A DNA stretch of 64,000 nucleotides from an uncultured Nitrososphaerota archaeon (GTDB taxonomy: Archaea > Thermoproteota > Nitrososphaeria > Nitrososphaerales > Nitrosopumilaceae): contig OY969559.1 of the NCBI GenBank assembly GCA_963701075.1, positions 768,001-832,000 on the forward strand, given 5' to 3'. Of this stretch, positions 11,294 through 20,120 are shown one piece after another; positions within the stretch are counted from its first letter, which is position 1; every line of letters begins with the position of its first letter. Made by a program: the position numbers and the translations under genes. A model generated the notes under the pieces. That model made no database searches and was not told where the DNA came from. It saw only the letters and a program-made list of their open reading frames with translations.

Positions 11294-11995
11294 ATGGATA
11301 CCTCAGTCATGGATAAAGTCACTGTTGTCAGGTTGTCTGTAGAGGGCGAAAAATTCGAAATTATAGTCAAACCAGATCCGGCCCTTGAGTTTAAACTTGG
11401 CAAAAGAAAGGAACTTTCAGGCGTCCTAGTCTCTGATGAAGTATATTCGGATTCAAACAAAGGAACAAGGGCATCTGAGGAGAAGTTGATGAAAGCGTTC
11501 AAAACTACAGACTCCAACTCTATTGCGACAATTATAATGCAAAAAGGTGACCTTAATCTCACTACCGATCAGAGACGAAAGATGGTCACAGAAAAACGTA
11601 AACAAATTGTAGATTCTATCGCAAAAAGCTTTGTAGATCCACGATCCCATCTTCCACACCCGCCACTTAGAATAGAACAAGCAATGGATGATGCTAGAGT
11701 CTCAGTTGATCCGTTTAGAAACATAGATGAACAAATCAAAGAAATCGTTGAACAACTCCGATCAATTATTCCACTCAAGTCGGAAAATATGTTACTTGAA
11801 GTTGTCGTACCTGCACAATTTGCGGCTCAATCTTATTCAGTGTTAAAGTCATTTGGTTCTTTGAAGAAGGAAGCATGGCAATCAAATGGATCTCTCAAAG
11901 TAATACTAGATATACCGGCTGCGGCAAGAGCAAACGTGATTGATAGGTTGGGCTCTGTAACCAAAGGTACTGCTTCTGTTGAGGTTGCGAAATGA
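11294..11995 (+). CDS. sdo1: ribosome assembly factor SBDS/Sdo1
   Basis: GEKFEI.V.P, KG.RAS...L.KAF.T.D, DPR..LPHPP.RIE.AM; first gene of the exosome operon. Confidence 0.93.
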   Translation: MDTSVMDKVTVVRLSVEGEKFEIIVKPDPALEFKLGKRKELSGVLVSDEVYSDSNKGTRASEEKLMKAFKTTDSNSIATIIMQKGDLNLTTDQRRKMVTEKRKQIVDSIAKSFVDPRSHLPHPPLRIEQAMDDARVSVDPFRNIDEQIKEIVEQLRSIIPLKSENMLLEVVVPAQFAAQSYSVLKSFGSLKKEAWQSNGSLKVILDIPAAARANVIDRLGSVTKGTASVEVAK

Positions 11996-12697
11996 TGGAC
12001 ATAAAAAGAAGATATGTCATACCAGGCGACGTCATTGTAACAGGACCATTAAGACCGGAGCAAAACGTATACCAAGAGGGCGACAGAATAATTTCAACTT
12101 GTGTAGGAATATCTGAAATTTTCGAGAATGCTGTAAGAGTAATTCCACTAACGGGTGTATATGTGCCAAAAACAAATGATTTGGTAATAGGAAAAGTAAT
12201 TGGAACTTCTCCACTGTCTTGGGAGTTTGACATTAATTCTTGTTTTATAGGCTTTTTACCCGCTCAGGATGTTTTTGGCAGAGACTATTCTCCAACCAAG
12301 GATGAATTAAAACAAAGATTGAACATTGGAGACTTGGTAGCTGCAAGAGTGGCAAATTTTGACAGATCACGAGATCCACTTTTGACAGTTCAAGACAGAG
12401 ATCTAGGTAAAATTGATTCTGGCGAGCTGAATCGAGATAACTCCAAGTAAAGTACCTCGGCTGATAGGTAAGAGAGGTTCAATGATCCAATCTATAGAAA
12501 TGGCAACAAAGGCAATTATAACAATAGGTCAAAATGGATGGATTGTGGTATCATGCGAGGATCCAGAGGGATTATTAAAGGCAATTGAGGCGGTAAAAAT
12601 GGTGGATGCCCTAGCGCATACGCCTAACTTGACTGAAAGAGTCAAATCTATGCTAGGAATACCAGAGGATGAAAATAATGACACAATTAATGAGTGA
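11992..12697 (+). CDS. rrp4: exosome RNA-binding subunit Rrp4 (apparent +1 frameshift near 12430)
   Basis: VIPGD, Y.PK.NDLVIG.V S1 domain. Removing one A gives ELIEITPSKVPRLIGKRGSM (KH motif) in frame with GQNGWI. Confidence 0.92.
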
Positions 12698-13394
12698 AGA
12701 TGGAATTAGATGTGATGGGAGAAGAGTAGACCAACTAAGAAATATTTCGATCAAAGTTGGTGTTCTAAAGAATGCTGATGGGTCGGCATATATTGAATTT
12801 GGTAAAAACAAGATTCTCGCAGGTGTCTTTGGACCAAGAGACGTACATCCAAAACATATGGCTAATCAAGATACTGGAATTTTGCGTTGTAGGTATCACA
12901 TGTCACCCTTTTCTGTAACTGAGAGGAAAAATCCAGCTCCATCCCGGAGAGAAATTGAGATATCTAAAGTACTAAAGGAAGCACTTCAACCAGCCTTAAT
13001 CTTGAAAGATTTTCCAAGGACTGTTACCGATGTCTTTGTGGAGGTTCTCCAAGCTGATGGTGGCTCTCGATGTGCTGCTCTTGATGCCGCAGCAGTTGCA
13101 TTGGCAGACACCGGTATACCAATGAGGGACTTGGTATCTGCATGTGCTGCAGGTAAAGTAGCTGACAGAATAGTTCTGGACGTAAACAACGAAGAAGATC
13201 AGGAAGGACAAGCAGACATGCCTGTTGCAATAATGCCAAATTCCGGGAAAGTTACTTTAATGCAACTTGATGGAATCTTGACAGCAGAGGAATACAAAAC
13301 ATGTTTGCAAACAGCTATAGGTGGTTGCAGGCAGGTCTATGAGGTTCAAAGAAGAGCTCTTATTGAAAGATACTTTGAAAGTGGAGTGCAATAA
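12669..13394 (+). CDS. rrp41: exosome exonuclease Rrp41
   Basis: R.DGRR.DQLR, NADGSAYIEFG, SRREIEISKV, LQADGGSRCA. Confidence 0.96.
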   Translation: MKIMTQLMSEDGIRCDGRRVDQLRNISIKVGVLKNADGSAYIEFGKNKILAGVFGPRDVHPKHMANQDTGILRCRYHMSPFSVTERKNPAPSRREIEISKVLKEALQPALILKDFPRTVTDVFVEVLQADGGSRCAALDAAAVALADTGIPMRDLVSACAAGKVADRIVLDVNNEEDQEGQADMPVAIMPNSGKVTLMQLDGILTAEEYKTCLQTAIGGCRQVYEVQRRALIERYFESGVQ

Positions 13395-13396
13395 AA

Positions 13397-14200
13397 TTGG
13401 AATCGGTAATAATTGATCAATTAAAACGAGAGAAAATCTTGGACTTGCTCAAGCAGGGAAAAAGATTGGATGGCAGAGCTCTTGACGAACAACGCCCTTT
13501 AACAATAGAAACAGGAGTTATTCCAAAGGCAAATGGCTCTGCTAGAGTAAAGCTCGGAAATACCGAAGTCATTACAGGAGTTAAAGTCCAGCCTGACAAG
13601 CCGTTTCCTGATCTAGGAGACAAAGGAATTCTTATCTGTACTGCTGAAATTCTTCCACTTGCGGATCCACATGTAGAGCCTGGACCTCCAAATGAGGAAG
13701 TAATTGAACTTGCCAGAGTTGTAGACCGTGGTATACGAGAGACTGAAATGATTGATCTGCACCAACTTGTTTTAATTGAGAACAAGTCTGTTGTAGGGAT
13801 ATTCATTGATAGCAGTGTTATTGACGCGGATGGAAATCTTTTTGATGCATGTTCATATGCTTCAGTGTCTGCAGTACTTTCCTCAACCATTCCAAAATAT
13901 GAAATTAAAGATGAAGCGCCAGTTTTAGTTGAAGGAGTAACATCCAAGCCTCCGGTGAAGACATTACCAGTTTCAGTTACTATGGCAAGAATAGGAGATT
14001 ACATAATTGTAGATCCTACCAAGGACGAAGAAACATGCATGGACGCAAGAATTACTATCACCACAAACTCTGCAGGTAACATTTGTGCGCTACAAAAGGG
14101 CGGGGGAGATGGATTCTCAGTTGATCAACTTATCAAGTGCTCAGAAATAGCACTCTCTGTGGGAACAAAAATAAGGAAGAAGCTAGAGCAGTTGAAGTAG
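13397..14200 (+). CDS. rrp42: exosome subunit Rrp42
   Basis: G.RLDGR, KANGSARVKLG.T, EPGPP.E..IELARVVDRG.R, DGNL.DA, VDPT..EE. Confidence 0.95.
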   Translation: MESVIIDQLKREKILDLLKQGKRLDGRALDEQRPLTIETGVIPKANGSARVKLGNTEVITGVKVQPDKPFPDLGDKGILICTAEILPLADPHVEPGPPNEEVIELARVVDRGIRETEMIDLHQLVLIENKSVVGIFIDSSVIDADGNLFDACSYASVSAVLSSTIPKYEIKDEAPVLVEGVTSKPPVKTLPVSVTMARIGDYIIVDPTKDEETCMDARITITTNSAGNICALQKGGGDGFSVDQLIKCSEIALSVGTKIRKKLEQLK

Positions 14201-14201
14201 T

Positions 14202-14417
14202 ATGGCAAAAGGTAAAGGAGCTTCGCTAAAAGGTCTGGGTCAAAAGTATGGATTAAAACCACGCAAAAAGTTTACTGCAGTGCATCGACTTCTCAAGTCT
14301 AAGAGGAGATGTCCAGATTGTGGTTCAATTCAATTCGGTAGAGAAGCAGTTGGTATTTGGGTATGCAAGAAATGCGGTTTCAAAATAGCAGGCATGGCCT
14401 ATGACGTCAAACTTTAG
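14202..14417 (+). CDS. rpl37ae: 50S ribosomal protein L37Ae (eL43)
   Basis: G.KYG..PRK, CPDC...GIW.CKKCG...AG.AY. Confidence 0.92.
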   Translation: MAKGKGASLKGLGQKYGLKPRKKFTAVHRLLKSKRRCPDCGSIQFGREAVGIWVCKKCGFKIAGMAYDVKL

Positions 14418-14646
14418 TGCTAAAATTAAAATTTCTGCTGGTAAAAAAAACAAGGCAATTTTCAAGTCTTTAGAAACTGATAACAAGTTTTATGATGAGA
14501 ACCCAACTCAGACAAAGATGTCACTTGACAAGGAAATAACAATTCTAATTGATACTCAGGAACTTGCACATCTTCGCGCCAACTTGAATTCCACATTACG
14601 TCTGATTCAAACAAGCAACGACGCAATAGAATCGGTAAAAATATAA
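14401..14646 (+). CDS. pcc1: KEOPS complex subunit Pcc1
   Basis: LRANLNSTLRLI motif; conserved position between rpl37ae and prefoldin. Confidence 0.85.
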   Translation: MTSNFSAKIKISAGKKNKAIFKSLETDNKFYDENPTQTKMSLDKEITILIDTQELAHLRANLNSTLRLIQTSNDAIESVKI

Positions 14647-14669
14647 GCAAAACAACTACTGGGACAAGC

Positions 14670-15060
14670 ATGTCCTCAGGAGAACAAATTCCACCGTGGT
14701 TGCAGGAACAAGTAGGTAGATTACAACAGTTACAACAAAACCTTCAATCAATCATGGCCCAAAAGCAACATCTTGAGGCAGAACAACATGAAACGGAAAG
14801 AGCTCTTGAGACGTTGGAGAAGACAGGCGATAATGACGCTGTGTACAAGGCGGCAGGTTCAATTCTTGTTAAATCGACAAAACCTCTTCTAGTTTCAGAA
14901 CTTGAGGAAAAAAAAGAACTTGCAAATACTCGCATAACTGTACTGACAAAGCAAGAAGCTTAGACTTAAGGAAAATCTCAAAGAATCGGAAACAAAAATC
15001 CGAGAAATGTTACATGGACCTGCAGCTCAGACTGGACCAAAGACAGATACTCCTAAATAA
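14670..15060 (+). CDS. pfdB: prefoldin beta subunit (apparent +1 frameshift at about 14961)
   Basis: IPPWLQEQ..RLQQLQQ, VYKAAGSILVK. Removing one T extends the coiled coil EARLKENLKESETKIREML to TAA at 15060. Confidence 0.9.
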
Positions 15061-15086
15061 AATACTGACTGAATTTTAGCGGTTCA

Positions 15087-15773
15087 ATGAAGATAGAAGA
15101 TATGCGAATGGTAGTTGACGAGCGAGAAAAAAAGAGTGGCATTCCTGATCTTTTAAAAGAAATTGGCGTAAAAGTAGAAATGAAAAATCTTCCAATAGGA
15201 GATTACATTGTTGCCTCTGAAACAGTGGTTGAAAGAAAAAGCATTCATGATTTTATTTCATCTGTTTTTGATGGAAGATTGTTTGACCAATGCAACAGGC
15301 TAAAGGAACATTTTGAGCATCCTGCAATCATTATAGAGGGTGACATTGACGAAATAAACCAAATTGCCGAAAACCCGCTAGTCTTCTATGGTGCAATTTC
15401 CTCTGTAGCGTTAGATTTCAAGATACCAGTTTTACCAACTCCAAATGCGTCAAATACTGCCAAATTGTTAGTTGCAATGTGTGCGAGACAAGGCAAAACA
15501 AAAGGTCCATTCCTTAAGAAGATAAGAAAGTCAGGAAACATACATCATCAACAATTGTCTGTTTTATGCAGCTTACCGGGTGTAGGTGAAAAGCTTGCAT
15601 CAAGAATGTTGGAAAAATTTGGGTCTCCAAGTAACTCCTTTAGTGCATCCATTGCAGAACTTTCAAAAATAGAAGGGATGGGTGAATCACGTGCACGAAA
15701 GATACGAAATCTGCTTGACGCAGAAATAAAAAATGACAAAAAAATTGGTCAGAAAACTTTGCACGATGTTTGA
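15087..15773 (+). CDS. xpf: XPF/ERCC4-domain structure-specific endonuclease with HhH motifs
   Basis: VDERE, GDYIV...VERKS..DF.SS..DGRL..Q, LPGVGEKLA, I.GMG..RA. Confidence 0.9.
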   Translation: MKIEDMRMVVDEREKKSGIPDLLKEIGVKVEMKNLPIGDYIVASETVVERKSIHDFISSVFDGRLFDQCNRLKEHFEHPAIIIEGDIDEINQIAENPLVFYGAISSVALDFKIPVLPTPNASNTAKLLVAMCARQGKTKGPFLKKIRKSGNIHHQQLSVLCSLPGVGEKLASRMLEKFGSPSNSFSASIAELSKIEGMGESRARKIRNLLDAEIKNDKKIGQKTLHDV

Positions 15774-15811
15774 CATACAATAAAATACTGCTGCTTGACT
15801 TTAACCGCTAA

Positions 15812-16570
15812 ATGATAGTTTCTCATTCTTGGCTGGCCGAGCATTACAATGACCCAGATCTTATCATACTAGATTCTAGAGGAAGTGTTGCTTATTCATA
15901 TGCCCACATCCCGCGGTCGCAACCTCTTGGAGTGGAAAAAGTAGTCAAGGCCACTGATTCTGGCGCAAATCTTGTTCTAGAACCTGAAAACGCTGCAAGC
16001 CTGTTTAGTTCTCTTGGAATTGATGAGACAAAGACCGTAATAATATATGGCGATTACATGGACCCGTCTGCAGCTAGGATAGCTTGGACTTTGTTATACT
16101 ATGGACATGAAAAAACAAAGATCCTTGACATTGGAATTAGAAGTTGGCACCAAAAAGGACTTGCAATCACAAAGGAGGTCTACAAACCAAATCCTGCTAT
16201 TTTTGTGCCAAAAGTAAATTCTGCTATTAGAATAGAGGCAGAAGAGCTTCAAAAAAGAATCGATTCGGCTTTTATCATTGATGCTAGATCCCCGCAAGAG
16301 TATATGGGGGGCAGGATACCCAACTCTGTTCTTTTTCCTTTTACGGATGGAGTGGGAGAAAAGGGCTCTCTTTTCAAAGAGAAAGACGAACTAGTAAAGA
16401 TATTTGAGGCGCAAAAAATCCCAAAAGACAAAGAACTTGTGTGCTATTGTGCGCTTGGCCATAGGGCAGCAAATGTGTTCACCCAGCTTAAGATTGCCGG
16501 TTATGAAAACGTCAGGTTGTACGATGGTTCACTAGCTGACTGGATAGGACGAAGACTACCGCTTGGATGA
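15812..16570 (+). CDS. tandem-domain rhodanese (sulfurtransferase)
   Basis: IDARSPQEY.GG.IP, YCALGHRA, LYDGSL.DW. Confidence 0.9.
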   Translation: MIVSHSWLAEHYNDPDLIILDSRGSVAYSYAHIPRSQPLGVEKVVKATDSGANLVLEPENAASLFSSLGIDETKTVIIYGDYMDPSAARIAWTLLYYGHEKTKILDIGIRSWHQKGLAITKEVYKPNPAIFVPKVNSAIRIEAEELQKRIDSAFIIDARSPQEYMGGRIPNSVLFPFTDGVGEKGSLFKEKDELVKIFEAQKIPKDKELVCYCALGHRAANVFTQLKIAGYENVRLYDGSLADWIGRRLPLG

Positions 16571-17032
16571 CTTGCGTCTTGTCTTGCTTCCGCATATTGG
16601 ACAAATAGAAACTTTTGAAAAACTTGATTTGCAACCAGGACAAAAATAAACCCAACTTATCTTGTCTGCACCTTTTGTCATGATTGGCACAACTTTCAAA
16701 TTCATATGCTTTGCTACATTTGAAACAGCAAAATCATCTGTAATCAATTCTCCTTCCAGCTGCAAACATAATGCAATAACGGAAACATCTTCTTTGGAAA
16801 GATGCTGATGATCACCCGTCTCTTCTGCCTTTCTGAGTACCATCTCGGTAAATTCTTTTTCAGGTTCAACAATTTTTAGTCTGTTTGATTCGATTAGAAC
16901 CGTTATTGCACCTTGATTTTTTTTGATATGCTTGACTTCTTCAAAAACTAGCGGTGTGGTATAGCTGGTATCTTGTGATGCAAATGGTATGCCTGCATAA
17001 AAAGAGGTAGCATCTAAAACCCTAAAAGCCAA
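16556..17032 (-). CDS. nob1: Nob1-like PIN endonuclease with Zn ribbon
   Basis: VLDATSF, TGD...LS.ED, TDDFAV.NVA, CPGC...CPICGS. Confidence 0.88.
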   Translation of the reverse strand: MAFRVLDATSFYAGIPFASQDTSYTTPLVFEEVKHIKKNQGAITVLIESNRLKIVEPEKEFTEMVLRKAEETGDHQHLSKEDVSVIALCLQLEGELITDDFAVSNVAKHMNLKVVPIMTKGADKISWVYFCPGCKSSFSKVSICPICGSKTRRKSSKR

Positions 17033-17838
17033 GCTTGCTCATCTGTCTTAGACCTCTCTTCTTGAGTCTTACAAACACTGCATGTTTTTTGTATTTTCTA
17101 ACTGTGATGACCTCATCAAATCTTGCAGTCTTGATTACTTGAGCGTCCATGATTATGTTGGAATCATGACTGCTTATTATCTCAATTTTTTCATCCGGTA
17201 CTACTATGGATGGCAGTTTGTTGACTGGTGCCACTGGCGTTATTATTAGAACGCCCAAGCTTTCGTGCAGAATTGGGCCTCCTAAAGAATACGAATGTCC
17301 AGTTGAACCACTTGGAGTAGCAATTATCACACCATCCATTTTTTGTGTGACAGTATCATTTTGGAATCTTATCTCAAAAAGTGAAGTCTTGGTTAGATTT
17401 TGTCTGTTAATGTATATCTCATTTAATGCCGGAGGAAATTCTTGGCCTGCGCAAGAGGCAACTACTCGAATTCTTTTATCAAGAAGTATATTTCCAGATA
17501 TTATCTGCTCTATCGCAGTATCGATTTCTGGCATAGTTATTTCTGATAAAATTCCTCTATTGCCTCCAACATTGATGGCCAAATTGGGAGTCTCGTTTTC
17601 TAAATATCTAAAGGTGCGCAGGGTGGTACCATCACCGCCAAGTGTAATTGTAAGATCAAGCTTTGCCGTTTTGAGGTCTTCTAATTCATCTACTTTCTTC
17701 AGCTCCTTCCACTTGAATTGGAGAAACGGTATGTACTCTAATTTTTCTTCCAAGTAATTTCTTGACTACTTTTTTTGCCGCCTCTTCTGCTTCCTTTGAA
17801 CCGACTTTACTGACAACGGCTACATTATTGAGATCCAA
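17022..17838 (-). CDS. nadK: NAD(+) kinase (apparent +1 frameshift near 17700)
   Basis: LGGDGTTL, ALNE, DGVIIATPSGSTGHS.S.GGPI. The N-terminus MDLNNVAVVSK starts at TTG 17838 in another frame. Confidence 0.9.
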
Positions 17839-17927
17839 TCAAGAATACTATTCTAATTTTACTTAAAAAGCATATGATGAGTATAAAATATTAAGCTCCT
17901 CATCTGTAACTTGATTAGAAAGACGCT

Positions 17928-18773
17928 ATGAGTTACGCACATCCTGAGGTTTTGACAGATACTGAGACAGTGGCAAAAAATCTAGGCAATAGCTCAATTA
18001 AGATTGTTGAAGTTGACTATGATCCAGAAAATGCCTACAGGCAGGGACACATTCAAAATGCCAGTTTAATTTGGTGGAAAAGAGACATCAATGATCCTGT
18101 GACGCGAGACATAGTTACCAAATCACAATTCGAAGAATTAATGTCAAGAAATGGAGTCACATCTGATTCCGAAGTAATTCTTTATGGTGATTTCAACAAC
18201 TGGTTTGCAGCTTTTGTTTTTTGGATATTCAAGTATTATGGGCATGAAAAAGTAAAGATCATGAATGGTGGTAGGAAAAAGTGGGAAATGGAGAAGAGGC
18301 CATATACAAAAGAAGAACCGCAGATTCAAAAAACAAAATATGTATCAAAACCGCCTAATGAAGGAATGAGAGCTTATCTGTTTGATGTGAGACGAGCCCT
18401 TGACAAAACAGATACCGTTCTAGTTGACGTACGCTCTCCCAAAGAATTCTCAGGAGAGATTACAGCTCCGCCAGAATATCCGATGGAACATGCTCAGAGA
18501 GGAGGCCACATTCCAGGTGCACACAATATTCCGTGGGCTACTGCTGTAAATGACACTGATGGTACTTTCAAAGCTGTTGATGAATTAAAGAAGAATTATG
18601 AACCTAAAGGAGTTACACCAGATAAAGATGTGATTTGCTACTGCAGAATAGGGGAGAGATCATCTCATTCATGGTTTGTCCTAAAGTATCTATTGGGATA
18701 TCCGCAAGTTAGGAACTATGATGGCTCTTGGACTGAATGGGGTAATATGATTGGAAACCCAATCGAAAAATAA
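17928..18773 (+). CDS. thiosulfate sulfurtransferase (CysA-type rhodanese)
   Basis: YGDFNNWFAA, LVDVRSP.EF.GE, GGHIPGA.NIPW, YCRIGERSSHSW, NYDGSWTEWG. Confidence 0.93.
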   Translation: MSYAHPEVLTDTETVAKNLGNSSIKIVEVDYDPENAYRQGHIQNASLIWWKRDINDPVTRDIVTKSQFEELMSRNGVTSDSEVILYGDFNNWFAAFVFWIFKYYGHEKVKIMNGGRKKWEMEKRPYTKEEPQIQKTKYVSKPPNEGMRAYLFDVRRALDKTDTVLVDVRSPKEFSGEITAPPEYPMEHAQRGGHIPGAHNIPWATAVNDTDGTFKAVDELKKNYEPKGVTPDKDVICYCRIGERSSHSWFVLKYLLGYPQVRNYDGSWTEWGNMIGNPIEK

Positions 18774-19083
18774 TGAGTTAGATCAGGAACTTCCTGTACT
18801 AAACAAAGGAATATTCTATGCCATAAGGGATGGTTCTACTGATCTCATCATGGAAGACAAAACCAAGCGAGGTCTTACAGTGCAAGAACAATCAATAGAT
18901 GAAAAATACAATGTAATTTCAGAAAAAGGGATGATCTATGATATGGATGGCATTGGACACAAAGTGGGCATACGGTGGTTCTTTCCTAAGGACAAGTATA
19001 CTTTTGAGAATGTATTGGAGCATGCCAAAGAGATGGAAGAAAGATACCGAAAGATCCGTGAAGAAACCTGCCCAGACTACTGA
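18751..19083 (+). CDS. hypothetical protein
   Basis: 110-aa ORF overlapping the rhodanese stop; ends in TCPDY. Confidence 0.7.
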   Translation: METQSKNNELDQELPVLNKGIFYAIRDGSTDLIMEDKTKRGLTVQEQSIDEKYNVISEKGMIYDMDGIGHKVGIRWFFPKDKYTFENVLEHAKEMEERYRKIREETCPDY

Positions 19084-19119
19084 GAAGAGTTTTTAAGGAC
19101 TTTTCTAATAATAGTTGGC

Positions 19120-20073
19120 ATGTCTCTTCTTCTAAAAGATAAAGTATACTCAGTTCAGTCTGCCACTACAAAGAGAGGAATTTATCCGCTGCATAACTAT
19201 AAACTGGGCCTTTATCGTCTGCCTGTAAAATTGGAAGACAAGTATGAAATAGATTCTATTGTTAGCGGTTTTAAGAAAATTTTTGCCATGGATCAATTCG
19301 CTGACAGAATTTATGCGACGTATCGCTGGAAAGAGGAGAACATGCCAGATCCAGATGAGCGTGGATACAAACAGATTGAGCTTGAAGTTCAAGTCGAAGT
19401 TATAACAGGAGAGGTAGTTGACATGATATACCAAATCTATCCAATTGAGAAATACGGTGACGGCCTGTGGGTAAAAGATTATCGAAGAAAGGCTGATACA
19501 AATGCTAAGATGATGATTGATACTATATTGCGTAATAGCATTCTTGCCGACAGGATGGTTGAACATATTGTAAAAACTAAACAAGTAGAACCGGAGATTG
19601 CTATCAAAGAACTGGAAGAAATGACACCGCTGGCACAGATAGTTCCAAATGCCAAGCCAAAACCAAAACCAGCTGCGCCTCCGCCTGGACAAGAGGCCAA
19701 ACCCGCCGAAGTTGAAACTCCATCTGGAGTAAAGCAGGGCCCAATAGACGTTGAATTCAAGTCAAAGCTCAAAGTAACTGAAACATTTACTGCTCCATCA
19801 AGCAGCAATAAGATCAAGATCTTCGGACCACGAAAAGGAAACGAAGTGTTAGGTATATGGGGCGAGTTTGTCTCAGTAGATTTTGATGTCTGTATAGGGG
19901 ATGGTGCATGTATTGATGCTTGTCCTGTCAAGGTCTACGAGTGGGCCGATTTCCCAGGAAACATATCATCTGAAAAGAAACCGCTGATGGCAAGAGAACC
20001 AGATTGCATATTCTGCCTGGCATGTGAGAATGTTTGCCCTGTTCAAGCAATCAAGATCTCAAAGAAGGGCTAG
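19120..20073 (+). CDS. dicluster ferredoxin fused to an uncharacterised N-terminal domain
   Basis: C-terminal CIGDGACIDACP and CIFCLACENVCP; Pro/Lys linker PKPKPKPAAPPP. Confidence 0.85.
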   Translation: MSLLLKDKVYSVQSATTKRGIYPLHNYKLGLYRLPVKLEDKYEIDSIVSGFKKIFAMDQFADRIYATYRWKEENMPDPDERGYKQIELEVQVEVITGEVVDMIYQIYPIEKYGDGLWVKDYRRKADTNAKMMIDTILRNSILADRMVEHIVKTKQVEPEIAIKELEEMTPLAQIVPNAKPKPKPAAPPPGQEAKPAEVETPSGVKQGPIDVEFKSKLKVTETFTAPSSSNKIKIFGPRKGNEVLGIWGEFVSVDFDVCIGDGACIDACPVKVYEWADFPGNISSEKKPLMAREPDCIFCLACENVCPVQAIKISKKG

Positions 20074-20120
20074 TAAAACAACGGTAAGGCTATAAGGACT
20101 TGTGAGTTGAAAGACTCCAA

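Noticed and set aside
17206-19931. Long antisense ORFs in the track (e.g. 17206-17757, 19150-19692, 19479-19931, and similar ones elsewhere)
   Set aside because: Shadows of well-supported genes on the opposite strand, with no recognisable motifs.
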